Source: an uncultured Treponema sp. (GTDB lineage: Bacteria; Spirochaetota; Spirochaetia; Treponematales; Treponemataceae). Taken from it: 64,000 nt of DNA. Every line of letters begins with the position of its first letter. The first letter of the stretch is position 1. The DNA is taken from positions 6,039 to 70,038 of the forward strand of contig ONHK01000010.1 of assembly GCA_900317625.1 (NCBI GenBank), read 5' to 3'. The notes under the pieces were generated by a model that had not been told where the DNA came from, did not search any database, and worked only from the letters and a program-made list of their open reading frames with translations. Below, piece after piece: positions 19,911 through 30,056 of the stretch. The position numbers and the translations under genes were made by a program.

Positions 19911-21929
19911 ATGAGCAAAAACAACGGTTCAAAAAAAGATGATATGAACGATTTTGATCCATACAGTTTCTTTAAACTGGAAGGACCGGAAGATAACAAG
20001 AATAATAAAAAACGAAACAAGAGACCTAAGCGGAATTTTTCATTTTTGGGATTTTTGCTTTTGCTTCTGATAGGACTTACAATCGTCCAGCTGAACTTGC
20101 CGGGAAAATTTTCTGTCTCAGAAATTGAATTTTCTAAATTCCGGGAAATGGTTCTTGACGGTCAGATTGTTGAAGTAGAAATCGGCGAAAATTATTACCT
20201 GGGCTATGGTCCGCAGGTTGTTGTTCCAGTTGAAAATAATAAAGAAGAAAAAGGATTCCGCGTTTTTGCAAAAGAAGTTGCAGCCCGCGAAAACCGTCCT
20301 GTATACAAGGCGAGCGGTTATCCTCTTTCAAAATTTATTGAGCTTCTGGACGAAAAAAAAGTTACATACAAATTTGTTACAAAGCAAAACAATGCGATTC
20401 TTTCAATGTTGATTTCGCTTGCAGGACCGATTATTTTCTTTGCGATAATCTGGTTTATTCTGTTTAAAAAAATGGGCGGAAGTTCCGGTGGAATGGGAAG
20501 CATTTTTGGAGCCGGTGGTTCAAGGGCAAAAGCTGTTGAGGAAGGAAAGGTAAAAACTCGTTTTGCAGATGTTGCCGGTGTTGATGAGGCAAAGGAAGAA
20601 CTTGTTGAAGTCGTTGATTTCTTGAAATCTCCAAAAAAATATACAGATATTGGTGGAAAAATCCCGAAAGGTGTTTTGCTTGTAGGACCGCCAGGAACTG
20701 GTAAGACAATGCTTGCTCGTGCTGTCGCAGGGGAGGCTGGAGTTCCATTTTTCAGTATTTCTGGTTCAGACTTTGTTGAAATGTTTGTTGGTGTCGGTGC
20801 AAGTCGTGTCCGGGATCTTTTTAAGCAGGCTCGAGAAAAAGCTCCATGTATTATTTTTATTGATGAAATTGATGCTCTTGGAAAAAGCCGCGTAAATGGT
20901 TTTGGCGGTGGAAATGACGAGCGCGAGCAGACATTGAACCAGCTTTTGGTTGAAATGGACGGTTTTGAGAATGAAAAAGGATTGATTGTCCTTGCTGCTA
21001 CAAACCGTGCGGATATTCTTGATCCAGCGTTGCTCCGCCCTGGGCGTTTTGACCGTCAGGTTCCTGTTGAACGCCCGGATGTTGAAGGGCGAGAGGCAAT
21101 TCTTAGAATCCATGCAAAACACGTAAAAATTGCGGATGATGTTGATTTTGTCTCAATTGCGCATGGAACTAGTGGATTTGCTGGTGCGGATCTTGCGAAT
21201 GTTGTGAACGAGGCGGCTCTTCTTGCTGTAAGAAATGGTCATAAACTTGTAACGATGGATGATTTTAATGACGCAATCGATAAAGTCAGCATCGGACTTA
21301 AAAAGAAAACAAAGAAAGATAAGGAAAAGCAGCTTAGACTTACTTCTGTTCATGAAACAGGACATGCTTTGGTAGGAGCGTTTACACCAGATTATCCGCC
21401 GGTAAATAAAATTACGGTTGTTCCCCGTTCTAATGGTGTTGGTGGATTTACTCAGTATCGCGACAAAGAGGAAAAATTCGCGCTTACCCGCAAAGATATG
21501 ATAAATGAAGTTGATACTTTGCTTGGCGGACGAGCCGCTGAACAGATTGTCCTTGGAGATATTTCTACTGGTGCTTCAAATGATATTGCGCGCGCAACAG
21601 ATATTCTTAAGCAGATGATTGTTGATTACGGTATGAGCGAAAAATTCAAGAATATGACTCTTGGAAAAGGCGTTCTTGGTAACCGTGGTGGCGATCCTAA
21701 TCTTGTGCGGGAATTCAGTGAGGAAACACAAAATTATATTGATAACGAAATTGCAAAAGTCATGGAAGAACGTTATGAGTATGTTTTAAAGCTTCTTGAA
21801 GAACACAAGGATTTGCTTGAATATATTTCTGATCGTCTGAAAGAAAAAGAGACTATGGACGGCAAGGAATTTTATGACATTGTGAACGGTGCAAAGCATT
21901 GCGATGAGCTTGCGGCTCCGCTTACTTGA
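19911..21929 (+). CDS. ftsH: ATP-dependent zinc metalloprotease FtsH
   Basis: [20 protein letters not shown] motif, HETGH. Confidence 0.97.
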   Translation: MSKNNGSKKDDMNDFDPYSFFKLEGPEDNKNNKKRNKRPKRNFSFLGFLLLLLIGLTIVQLNLPGKFSVSEIEFSKFREMVLDGQIVEVEIGENYYLGYGPQVVVPVENNKEEKGFRVFAKEVAARENRPVYKASGYPLSKFIELLDEKKVTYKFVTKQNNAILSMLISLAGPIIFFAIIWFILFKKMGGSSGGMGSIFGAGGSRAKAVEEGKVKTRFADVAGVDEAKEELVEVVDFLKSPKKYTDIGGKIPKGVLLVGPPGTGKTMLARAVAGEAGVPFFSISGSDFVEMFVGVGASRVRDLFKQAREKAPCIIFIDEIDALGKSRVNGFGGGNDEREQTLNQLLVEMDGFENEKGLIVLAATNRADILDPALLRPGRFDRQVPVERPDVEGREAILRIHAKHVKIADDVDFVSIAHGTSGFAGADLANVVNEAALLAVRNGHKLVTMDDFNDAIDKVSIGLKKKTKKDKEKQLRLTSVHETGHALVGAFTPDYPPVNKITVVPRSNGVGGFTQYRDKEEKFALTRKDMINEVDTLLGGRAAEQIVLGDISTGASNDIARATDILKQMIVDYGMSEKFKNMTLGKGVLGNRGGDPNLVREFSEETQNYIDNEIAKVMEERYEYVLKLLEEHKDLLEYISDRLKEKETMDGKEFYDIVNGAKHCDELAAPLT

Positions 21930-21961
21930 CCGCGTTATTTACTTATAATAAAATGAACTTT

Positions 21962-22645
21962 ATGAAAAAATACGCAAAATTTGTTGCTGGTGCTATTGCT
22001 TTTTTCTTGTTTGCGTCAGCGGTTTCCGCACAGGCAATTACGACTGCAAGTGCATATTTCAAGACTGTTTCTGAATATTACGCGACTTTAAAAGATTATG
22101 AGGCTGATTTTGATATCCGTGCAGACAAGCGCGATATGGCTGGAAAAGTTTCATATAAAAAACCTGATCTTTTGCGGATGGATTTTACATCTCCTGCGGA
22201 ACAGGTTATTGTCTTTAATGGCGATATGCTTACGGTTTATCTTCCGGAGGAAGCGGCTGTTCTTCAGCAGTCTGTAAAATCAGAAGGTTCTGGTAATGCT
22301 GCGAATTTGAACACAGCGCAGGGGCTTTCTCTTTTGAGCCGTTATTATGTGGTGGCTTATGAGGTTGGCCAGGAACCGGTTTTGCTGGAGGAAGGTTCTT
22401 CTGAAAAGGTTGTAAAACTTGTTCTTTCCAGAAGAAATTCTTCTGAAGCGTTCCGTTACATAAAACTTGCAATAAATGCAGAAACAAAACTTATTCGTCG
22501 TGTTGAGGCTGCAACTTCGCATGGTGAAACTTTTGTATTCAATTTTACAGGATATAAAATAAATTCTGATATTTCTGATCAGCGTTTTATTTATGATCCG
22601 CCGTCATCTGCAAACAATTACAATAACTTTTTGTTTTCGGAGTAA
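21962..22645 (+). CDS. lolA: Outer-membrane lipoprotein carrier LolA-like protein
   Basis: Signal peptide, GKVSYKKPDLLRMDF..EQVIVFNG, F.YDPP; upstream of rodZ-rimO. Confidence 0.8.
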   Translation: MKKYAKFVAGAIAFFLFASAVSAQAITTASAYFKTVSEYYATLKDYEADFDIRADKRDMAGKVSYKKPDLLRMDFTSPAEQVIVFNGDMLTVYLPEEAAVLQQSVKSEGSGNAANLNTAQGLSLLSRYYVVAYEVGQEPVLLEEGSSEKVVKLVLSRRNSSEAFRYIKLAINAETKLIRRVEAATSHGETFVFNFTGYKINSDISDQRFIYDPPSSANNYNNFLFSE

Positions 22646-22652
22646 AGTTTAA

Positions 22653-23738
22653 ATGGAAAGCTATGGCGAAATTTTAAAGAAAGCGCGGAAATCAAAAAAT
22701 ATTGACCGGGAAACGGCTGCACGTGAAACTTCGATTACTTATTCTTATGTTGTTGGACTTGAGGAAGAAGATGATGGCGCTTTTCCGGGTGAAGCATATA
22801 TGCAGGGTTTTATGAGGAATTATGCTGAATATCTTGGCGTAAATCCTGAAACAGTATTGACTCTGTATAAAAATAAAAAACTTCAGGAAGCTCCGATTCC
22901 TGAGAATCTTTATGTTCATGAAAAACCTGCATATTTCTGGCCATTGATTTCTTGCGGAATCGGGCTTTTTGTCATAGCGATTTTCGCGGTTCTTCTTATT
23001 TTTATAATGAAGAAAAAAAATGCAACTACAGAAGATGTTGTCCTTGATAAGGAAAATACTTCAAAAAAATATGAGCTTACAGACAAAGCTTTGACAACCC
23101 GGCTTTACAAAGGTGACCAGATAATTTTTCCGGGTGTTCAGGGGCAAGTTGTGCTCACTGTTAGCGATACACTTTCTCAGTTTGGATTGCAGTGTCCGGT
23201 TGGAACTTTGTATACAGATTTGGCGGAAGAATCTGAACTTGATATCGATGGCGATTCAAACACGGATTTGATTGTCTACGTTTCTGATATTTCTTCAACA
23301 AATGAGGCGCGTGGTGCTGAAGTCAGAATCTTAAAGCGTGGCGAAGGCGCTTATATCGCTTCTGTAAGTCAGGATGAGATTCCGCTTGCCACGGAAGTTG
23401 AAGCCAAGCACAAGCAGGTTGTTATTCTTGAGGATAACCGTGCTTATCCATTTACAATAAATGCAAGTTTCCGCGGCGCGTGTGAATTCCGCTATAAAAT
23501 TGACCGCCGCGATGCAATTGAAGCGTATTTTACAAGCGGCGAAGTTGCGACAATCACGGCAAATAATGGCGTTCGGCTTTGGATGTCTAACTGTAATACT
23601 GTTAAGTTTGGTATTGTTGCGGACGCAAGAACTTACGACTTGGAAATTGGAAAAGCGGGGCAGGTTTTGGCGGAAGACATCAAGTGGATAAAAGATACTG
23701 ATGGAAAGTACAAGTTGGTGGTGATTGAACTTGACTAA
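22653..23738 (+). CDS. RodZ-like HTH membrane protein
   Basis: GEILKKAR..GFMRNYAEYLG HTH followed by one TM. Confidence 0.75.
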   Translation: MESYGEILKKARKSKNIDRETAARETSITYSYVVGLEEEDDGAFPGEAYMQGFMRNYAEYLGVNPETVLTLYKNKKLQEAPIPENLYVHEKPAYFWPLISCGIGLFVIAIFAVLLIFIMKKKNATTEDVVLDKENTSKKYELTDKALTTRLYKGDQIIFPGVQGQVVLTVSDTLSQFGLQCPVGTLYTDLAEESELDIDGDSNTDLIVYVSDISSTNEARGAEVRILKRGEGAYIASVSQDEIPLATEVEAKHKQVVILEDNRAYPFTINASFRGACEFRYKIDRRDAIEAYFTSGEVATITANNGVRLWMSNCNTVKFGIVADARTYDLEIGKAGQVLAEDIKWIKDTDGKYKLVVIELD

Positions 23739-25212
23739 ATTTTTTATAGATCAGCACGGATGTGCAAAAAATCAGGTTGATGGTGAACTTATTATTAACC
23801 GGATGCTTAATCTTGGAATGGAGCAGACTTTTGAAGCCTCAGAAGCTGATTTTATAATTGTTAATTCCTGCGGATTTATTGAATCTGCCAAAAAAGAATC
23901 TTTAGAGGCGGTTTATTCCGCAAAAAATCAGTATCCGAACGCAAAAATTCTGCTTACAGGTTGTCTTGCCGAACGCTATGCCAATGCCTTAAAAGCCCAG
24001 TTGCCAGAGGCGGATGCGATTTTTGGAAATGGAAATCTTGATAAAATTGATGAAACTGTAAAGTCAATGCTGAAAGGTGAACGCCCGGTTGAAACGTATA
24101 AACAGGAAGGCGTTTGTGTTGGCGAGCGGCGCGTTCTGCTTTCATATCATGGAAGTGCATTTGTAAAAATTACGGAAGGCTGTTCAAACCATTGTTCGTT
24201 CTGCGCGATTCCGGTTATTCGAGGTGAACTAAGAAGCCGCCCTGCGTTGAGCATTATAAATGAAATAAAAGATTTGTATTCTCGTGGCGTTGTGGAATTT
24301 AATCTTATTGGGCAAGATTTGGCGGCGTATGGAACTGGCGAAAACGATGATGTTTTTGGAACGGGTCGGCTTCCGCTGCCAAGGTGGGAAAACGGTAGAA
24401 ATTTGGGAACGGATTCTATTTCTGGTTTAGCAAGACTTTTAGAAATGATTTCTGAGTTGCACGGAAAATTTATTGTTCGTCCGCTTTATATTCATCCGGA
24501 TCATTTTAACCGGGATATTCTTCCTGTAATGCAAAAAGACAAGAGGCTTCTTGCATATTTTGATATTCCTTTTCAAAGTGGAAGCGAAAATGTTATTCAC
24601 AAAATGAATCGAAAAGGAAGTGCTGAGGAATATTTGAGGCTTGCGTCTGATATTCGTGCCGCATTGCCAGATGCAACTTTAAGAACGACTTTTTTGACTG
24701 GTTTTCCTGGAGAAACTGATGAGGAATCTTTGGAAACTGTTGAATTCTTGAAAAAGCTTGAAAGCGACTGGTCTGGATGTTTTCCGTACAGCCGCGAAGA
24801 GGACACTCCCGCGTATTCAATGAAAAACCGTGTGAACGCAAAAGTTGCAAAAGCGCGCGCAGATGAGCTTGTTGCGGTTCAGGCGGAAATTACAAAACGT
24901 CATCTTGTGGCAAAAGTTGGCAAGGAATATGATGTTTTAATAGAAGAAATTGTTGAGGGCGACGAAGGTCTTGCGATTGGCAGGGCGTGGTTTCAGGCTC
25001 CGGAAGTTGACGGTTCTGTTGTTGTTCGCTATGAAAAAGAATTTGGAAATCAGGAAAAATTTGTAAAGCCGGGGCGATTTGTGAAAGTTCGGGTTGAAGC
25101 CAGCAGCGACGTTGATCTTGATGCGATTTTTATTGGCGATTCTGAATTGAACAAAGATTCTGCGGATTTAAAGAAAGAAAATTTGATTTACGCTACAGAA
25201 ATAAGAAATTAG
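23725..25212 (+). CDS. rimO: Ribosomal protein S12 methylthiotransferase
   Basis: GCAKNQVD, NSCGFI, CSNHCSFC radical-SAM motif, QAPEVDG TRAM region. Confidence 0.92.
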   Translation: MNLTKFFIDQHGCAKNQVDGELIINRMLNLGMEQTFEASEADFIIVNSCGFIESAKKESLEAVYSAKNQYPNAKILLTGCLAERYANALKAQLPEADAIFGNGNLDKIDETVKSMLKGERPVETYKQEGVCVGERRVLLSYHGSAFVKITEGCSNHCSFCAIPVIRGELRSRPALSIINEIKDLYSRGVVEFNLIGQDLAAYGTGENDDVFGTGRLPLPRWENGRNLGTDSISGLARLLEMISELHGKFIVRPLYIHPDHFNRDILPVMQKDKRLLAYFDIPFQSGSENVIHKMNRKGSAEEYLRLASDIRAALPDATLRTTFLTGFPGETDEESLETVEFLKKLESDWSGCFPYSREEDTPAYSMKNRVNAKVAKARADELVAVQAEITKRHLVAKVGKEYDVLIEEIVEGDEGLAIGRAWFQAPEVDGSVVVRYEKEFGNQEKFVKPGRFVKVRVEASSDVDLDAIFIGDSELNKDSADLKKENLIYATEIRN

Positions 25213-25221
25213 AAAAATCTT

Positions 25222-25338
25222 GCGCGGGATTGGAATGGGCGCGAAGCGATTGCAAAAATTTTTTGAAGAAAAATTTTTGCAACGACCGAAAGGGGAGCCA
25301 TGGAAAGCCCGTTTGCAGAAGAAATTTGCGCCCAAAAA
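25222..25338 (+). repeat. Structured intergenic repeat, family 2 (copy F)
   Basis: GCGCGGGATTGGA...GGAAAGCCCG...CGCCCAAAAA with internal hairpin ttgcaaaaattttt / aaaaatttttgcaa. Confidence 0.6.
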
Positions 25339-25349
25339 AGGAAAAGAAA

Positions 25350-27623
25350 ATGGCATTTGAATATCTTGAGTCGCTAAATCCTGAGCAAACTGAGGCGGTT
25401 ACTCATTCTGGTTCGCCTTTGCTGATTTTGGCTGGTGCTGGTTCGGGCAAAACGCGCGTGATTACAACAAAAATTGCGTATCTTATTCAGCACGAAAATG
25501 TTCAGCCGTGGTCGATTCTGGCGGTTACTTTTACAAAAAAGGCTGCGAACGAGATGAAGGAGCGCGCGATAAATCTGGAGCCACTTGCGGAACAGGCTCA
25601 AATAAAGACTTTTCATTCGTTTGGCGCTTGGTTTTTGCGTCGGTATGCGGAGGAGGCTGGGCTTGACCCGAATTTTACGGTTTACGACGATGATGATTCT
25701 GCTTCACTGATAATGAAGGCTGTTCCGGGAATGACGAAAAAGCAGGCGAATCTTGCGGCGCATAAAATTTCGCTTTGCAAGGATTATTGCCTTACACCGG
25801 ATGACAATCTTTCGGAATTTGATAAAGATGGAAAACTTTCGGAGATTTATTCGGCTTACGAGCAGCGGCTTAGGGCGACTGGAAATGCGGATTTTGGCGA
25901 TTTGATAATGCGCCCGGTTCAGATTATTGAAAAGAATGAAACAATTCGAAATCAGATGCGGTATAGGTTCCGGGTTATAATGGTTGATGAATATCAGGAT
26001 TCGAATGTCGCGCAGTTCCGGCTTTTGCAGGCGTTGAGCGGAGTTAAGGAAAATTCTGGAACTTATGTTTGCGTTGTTGGTGATGATGACCAGTCGATTT
26101 ACAAATTCCGTGGTGCTGAAGTGCAGAATATTTTGCAGTTTCCGAATCTTTTTCCTGGCACAAAAATTATCCGGCTGGAAAGAAATTATCGTTCGACCGG
26201 GAAGATTCTTGCGGCGGCGGATGCGGTTGTTTCAAATAATACTGACCGTCTTGGAAAAACGCTTGTGGCGGCGCGTGGGGAAGGTTCGTTGCCGGTTCTT
26301 GTTTTTCTTGAAAATCAGGATAAAGAGGCGGCTTTTTGTGCGCAGCTGATTCAGAAAGCTGTAGAAACTCAAAATGCGCATTACAGTGATTTTGCTGTGC
26401 TTTACAGAACGAACGCGCAGTCGCTTGGGCTGGAAACGGAATTTCTGCACAAAAAAATTCCTTACGCTGTTGTCGGGTCGTTGAAATTTTATGAGCGCGA
26501 GGAAATCAAGGATGCGCTTGGTTATCTTTCGCTTCTGGTGAATCCGCGGGACGAGCTTGCTTTTGCCCGCATTGTGAATAAGCCTGTCCGTGGCGTTGGC
26601 GAAAAATCGCAGGAAAAAATTGTTTCTTTGGCATATTCTTCGGTTGGAACTTTGGTTGAAAATCTGAATCTTTTGGATGCGGCCGAAAATTGCGCCGGAA
26701 CTTTGACAAAAAAAGCAAAGGAAGGGCTGAAGGATTTTTGTTCGATAATGAAAAAGTTTCAGAGCGAACTTGATGAAAAGTCAAAGGATCTGCCGGATGA
26801 TTTTCAGGTGGATTTGCTTGCGGAAAAGGCGGTTTCTGTGGGTTCTGCAGATTCGGCTTCCGCTTTGAAAAATGATGAAAAAGATTTTGAGCGGCTTTCA
26901 GTTTTTATTCAGCGGGTGATTGAAGAGTCCGGGCTTGATGAATATCACAAAAGTCAGGATGAAATTGATGGAACATCGCGAGTTCAGAACCTGCAGGAAT
27001 TGGTTAATAGCGCAATTTCTTATCCTTTTTCGCGCCGTGGGCTGCTGGATTTTCTTGATTCAATTGAACTGGACAGAAGTCTTGCGGAACAAAATGATGA
27101 ATCTGCGGATGCTGTGACTTTGATTACTTTGCACAATACTAAAGGTCTGGAATTTAACCGCGTTATAATAACTGGACTTGAAAATGGAATTTTTCCGCGC
27201 GAAGAAAAAGTTGGCGATGAGCTTGAAGAGGAACGCCGGCTGTTTTATGTTGGAATTACTCGTGCCAAAAATGAACTTTATATAACCAGCTGTGCAATGC
27301 GACGCTTGTATGGACGAATCCAGCCGATGATGCCGAGCAGATTTCTTCTTGAGGCCGGAGATGTATTTAAGGTGATGGGGCGGATTCCGCTTTCTTTTTC
27401 AAATTCTTTTGGCGAAGAAAAAGAGCTTTCCCCAAAGGCTGAGCTTCTTGAAAAATGGAAAAAAGGTGTCCGTCTTTATAATGATGACTACGGTTACGGT
27501 CAGATTGTAAAAAGCGATGCTGATTCCGGGGAAGTTGTGATTGAAGTTCAATTTGAAAATGGCGACCGGAAAAAGTTCATGCCGGAATATCAGGGAAAAA
27601 AACTTGATATAATAAAAGACTGA
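25350..27623 (+). CDS. UvrD/PcrA ATP-dependent DNA helicase
   Basis: AGAGSGKT, VDEYQD, NYRS, KGLEF, EERRLFYVGITRA; start moved to ATG 25350. Confidence 0.95.
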   Translation: MAFEYLESLNPEQTEAVTHSGSPLLILAGAGSGKTRVITTKIAYLIQHENVQPWSILAVTFTKKAANEMKERAINLEPLAEQAQIKTFHSFGAWFLRRYAEEAGLDPNFTVYDDDDSASLIMKAVPGMTKKQANLAAHKISLCKDYCLTPDDNLSEFDKDGKLSEIYSAYEQRLRATGNADFGDLIMRPVQIIEKNETIRNQMRYRFRVIMVDEYQDSNVAQFRLLQALSGVKENSGTYVCVVGDDDQSIYKFRGAEVQNILQFPNLFPGTKIIRLERNYRSTGKILAAADAVVSNNTDRLGKTLVAARGEGSLPVLVFLENQDKEAAFCAQLIQKAVETQNAHYSDFAVLYRTNAQSLGLETEFLHKKIPYAVVGSLKFYEREEIKDALGYLSLLVNPRDELAFARIVNKPVRGVGEKSQEKIVSLAYSSVGTLVENLNLLDAAENCAGTLTKKAKEGLKDFCSIMKKFQSELDEKSKDLPDDFQVDLLAEKAVSVGSADSASALKNDEKDFERLSVFIQRVIEESGLDEYHKSQDEIDGTSRVQNLQELVNSAISYPFSRRGLLDFLDSIELDRSLAEQNDESADAVTLITLHNTKGLEFNRVIITGLENGIFPREEKVGDELEEERRLFYVGITRAKNELYITSCAMRRLYGRIQPMMPSRFLLEAGDVFKVMGRIPLSFSNSFGEEKELSPKAELLEKWKKGVRLYNDDYGYGQIVKSDADSGEVVIEVQFENGDRKKFMPEYQGKKLDIIKD

Positions 27624-27688
27624 TAACAATCATGCTGCATACTTGAAATTTTTCTTGAAAATCTAAAATTTCGTGTTAAATTAAAAAT

Positions 27689-29599
27689 ATGCAGTATTCA
27701 GAAGAATGGTTAGACAGTGTTTATAGCGATGGTTCAAAATATTTTGTAAGCAATCCTTGCCCAAAAAAAGGGGAAGCGGTAAAAATTGCTCTTCAGATAC
27801 AAGAAAATTCTCCTGTAAAAAATGTATTTTTGTGCGGAAAAAAGAATGGAATCCGCATTGATATAAAAATGCAGAAAGTCGGCTCAAAAAATGGGCTTTG
27901 CCGTTACGAAGGAGAAATTGTTATCTGGGAAGATGAGTATTCGTATTATTTTATTCTTCCGACAGAAAATTGCATCTATTATTACACGCAAGATGGTATA
28001 AAAACTTATATTCCGGATGAAGGCAGAAATTTTAGGATTCTTACTGATTATGCTCAGCCTGAATGGGTAAAAAATGCGGTTTTTTATCAGATTTTTCCGG
28101 AAAGATTTTGCAATGGAAATCCAGAGATAAGTGTAAAAGACAACGAATATCAGTTTGAGGGGCATCCTTCAATTCAAGTAAAAGACTGGAATCAAGTTCC
28201 GCAAGATTATTCAAAAGTTTTCTGCCTTGATTTTTATGGTGGAGACCTTATTGGAATTAAACAAAAAATTCCATATCTGAAAAAACTTGGCGTTACGGCT
28301 CTTTATTTGAATCCGATTTTTTACGCGGCAACTGTTCATAAATATGACTGTCTGGATTATTTTCATGTTGACCCGCATTTTGGTGGCGACGAAGCTTTGC
28401 AGGATTTAATAGAAGAACTTCATAAAAATGATATGAAAATCATTCTGGACGTTTCAATAAATCATACAGGAACTGCAAACCGCTGGTTCAACAAAGAAGG
28501 CGTGTTTTTTCCAAAATCAGAAGGCGCATATAACAATCCAAATTCGGAGGAACGAGAATACTATTTCTTCAACGCGGATAACACCTACAAGTGCTGGTAT
28601 GACGTTCCTTCTCTTCCTACATTGAATTACCAGAGTCAAAAATTGCGGAACCGGCTTTACCGCGACAAAGATTCTGTTGTAAAAAAATGGCTAAAAAAGC
28701 CTTATGGAATTGATGGCTGGCGTTTTGATGTTGCAGATACAATGGCTCGCAATGACAAAATTCAGCTTCACCACGAAGTTTGGCCAGAAATCCGTAAAAG
28801 CATAAAGGAAGAAAATCCGGAATCGTATATCCTTGCGGAAGACTGGACCGACTGCACATCATTTTTGAACGGAAACGAATGGGACAGCCCTATGAATTAT
28901 TACATTTCGTGCCGGGCAATCCGCGGTTTTTATGGACAAGTTGATTTTCATAATTCCCATGTTCCTGAACTTAATTGCGTTCATTTCAGATGGACAGCGA
29001 AAGATTTTTCAAATTGTGTGACAAAATATCTTTCCAGACTTCCGTTTGTAATCCAGCAGAATTTGTTCAACCTTTTGGATAGCCACGATATTTCGCGTTT
29101 CCACAACGATAAAAATATGAAACCGGATTTTGTGCGTGGTGCAGTTATTCTGATTTTCACATTGCCAGGCTGCACGAATGTTTATTACGGCGACGAAGCT
29201 GACATTGATGGATTCACAGAAACAATTGAAGGTTGCCGCTATCCAATGCCATGGAACAAAGATATTGAAAATCTTTCCGCATACAAACTGTATTCTTCCC
29301 TTTGCCACATAAAAACTTCTTCCGCAGCGTTCAAAGACGGAGGTTTTAAAGTTGTAAGCGATGACAACAATGTTTTTGCATATGCGCGTTTTATTTCCAG
29401 TGAACTGTGGTTTACAGTTGCTTCCAGCGATGAAAAAGAAAGGGCAATTGAGCTTCCGCTAAAAACTTTCGGAACGAATTTTGCAGAAAAACCTGCGCCA
29501 GAAACAGACGCTCTTGGCACAAAAATTGAATGTTCCGTAAAAAATGGAAAACTGAACCTAAAAGTTCCAGCCGGCAAAGCGTTTTTGATTAAAATGTAA
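27689..29599 (+). CDS. GH13 glycosidase (maltodextrin glucosidase/neopullulanase-like)
   Basis: FYQIFPERF, DGWRFDVA, AEDW, DSHD. Confidence 0.9.
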   Translation: MQYSEEWLDSVYSDGSKYFVSNPCPKKGEAVKIALQIQENSPVKNVFLCGKKNGIRIDIKMQKVGSKNGLCRYEGEIVIWEDEYSYYFILPTENCIYYYTQDGIKTYIPDEGRNFRILTDYAQPEWVKNAVFYQIFPERFCNGNPEISVKDNEYQFEGHPSIQVKDWNQVPQDYSKVFCLDFYGGDLIGIKQKIPYLKKLGVTALYLNPIFYAATVHKYDCLDYFHVDPHFGGDEALQDLIEELHKNDMKIILDVSINHTGTANRWFNKEGVFFPKSEGAYNNPNSEEREYYFFNADNTYKCWYDVPSLPTLNYQSQKLRNRLYRDKDSVVKKWLKKPYGIDGWRFDVADTMARNDKIQLHHEVWPEIRKSIKEENPESYILAEDWTDCTSFLNGNEWDSPMNYYISCRAIRGFYGQVDFHNSHVPELNCVHFRWTAKDFSNCVTKYLSRLPFVIQQNLFNLLDSHDISRFHNDKNMKPDFVRGAVILIFTLPGCTNVYYGDEADIDGFTETIEGCRYPMPWNKDIENLSAYKLYSSLCHIKTSSAAFKDGGFKVVSDDNNVFAYARFISSELWFTVASSDEKERAIELPLKTFGTNFAEKPAPETDALGTKIECSVKNGKLNLKVPAGKAFLIKM

Positions 29600-29645
29600 A
29601 TTCGTTTTTGTTGTATAAGCGGCAATTTTTTTTTATAATAAACGT

Positions 29646-29954
29646 ATGAGTACTCACAAACAAATTGACGAGGAGACATTGAACAATCTCCTTTATCTTT
29701 CGCGACTTTCTCCAGAAAGCACAAATCTTGAAACCTTAAAAAAGCAGGTTGATGAAATTGTCGGATATTTCGATATTCTTTCAAAATACGATGACAGCGA
29801 AAATCCGTATGATGCATATCCTTCTACAGAAGTCGAAAAACTTCGTGACGATACAGTTGTGCCAGGACTTGATATTTCCGATGTGAAAAAAGTTACTGAT
29901 GAATTTATGGACGGATATTTCCAGGTTCCAAAAGTTCTTGGCGAGGGTGCTTAA
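29646..29954 (+). CDS. gatC: Asp/Glu-tRNA amidotransferase subunit C
   Basis: LSRL..LRDD..GYFQVPKV; precedes gatA. Confidence 0.9.
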   Translation: MSTHKQIDEETLNNLLYLSRLSPESTNLETLKKQVDEIVGYFDILSKYDDSENPYDAYPSTEVEKLRDDTVVPGLDISDVKKVTDEFMDGYFQVPKVLGEGA

Positions 29955-29960
29955 TATCAG

Positions 29961-30036
29961 GCGGGGAAAGTCTTCCCCTCGTTTGCACTTCGTTGCAAAC
30001 TACCCCTTCTCCTAGGGGCGTCGCCCCTAAAACCCC
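29961..30036. repeat. Small multi-hairpin (REP-like) element
   Basis: ggggaa/ttcccc, gtttgca/tgcaaac and taggggcg/cgccccta stems. Confidence 0.5.
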
Positions 30037-30056
30037 ATTAATCTGAAGGAAAAATT

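Noticed and set aside
25230-25349. N-terminal extension of the helicase
   Set aside because: Translates repeat F; the ATG at 25350 matches a typical UvrD start
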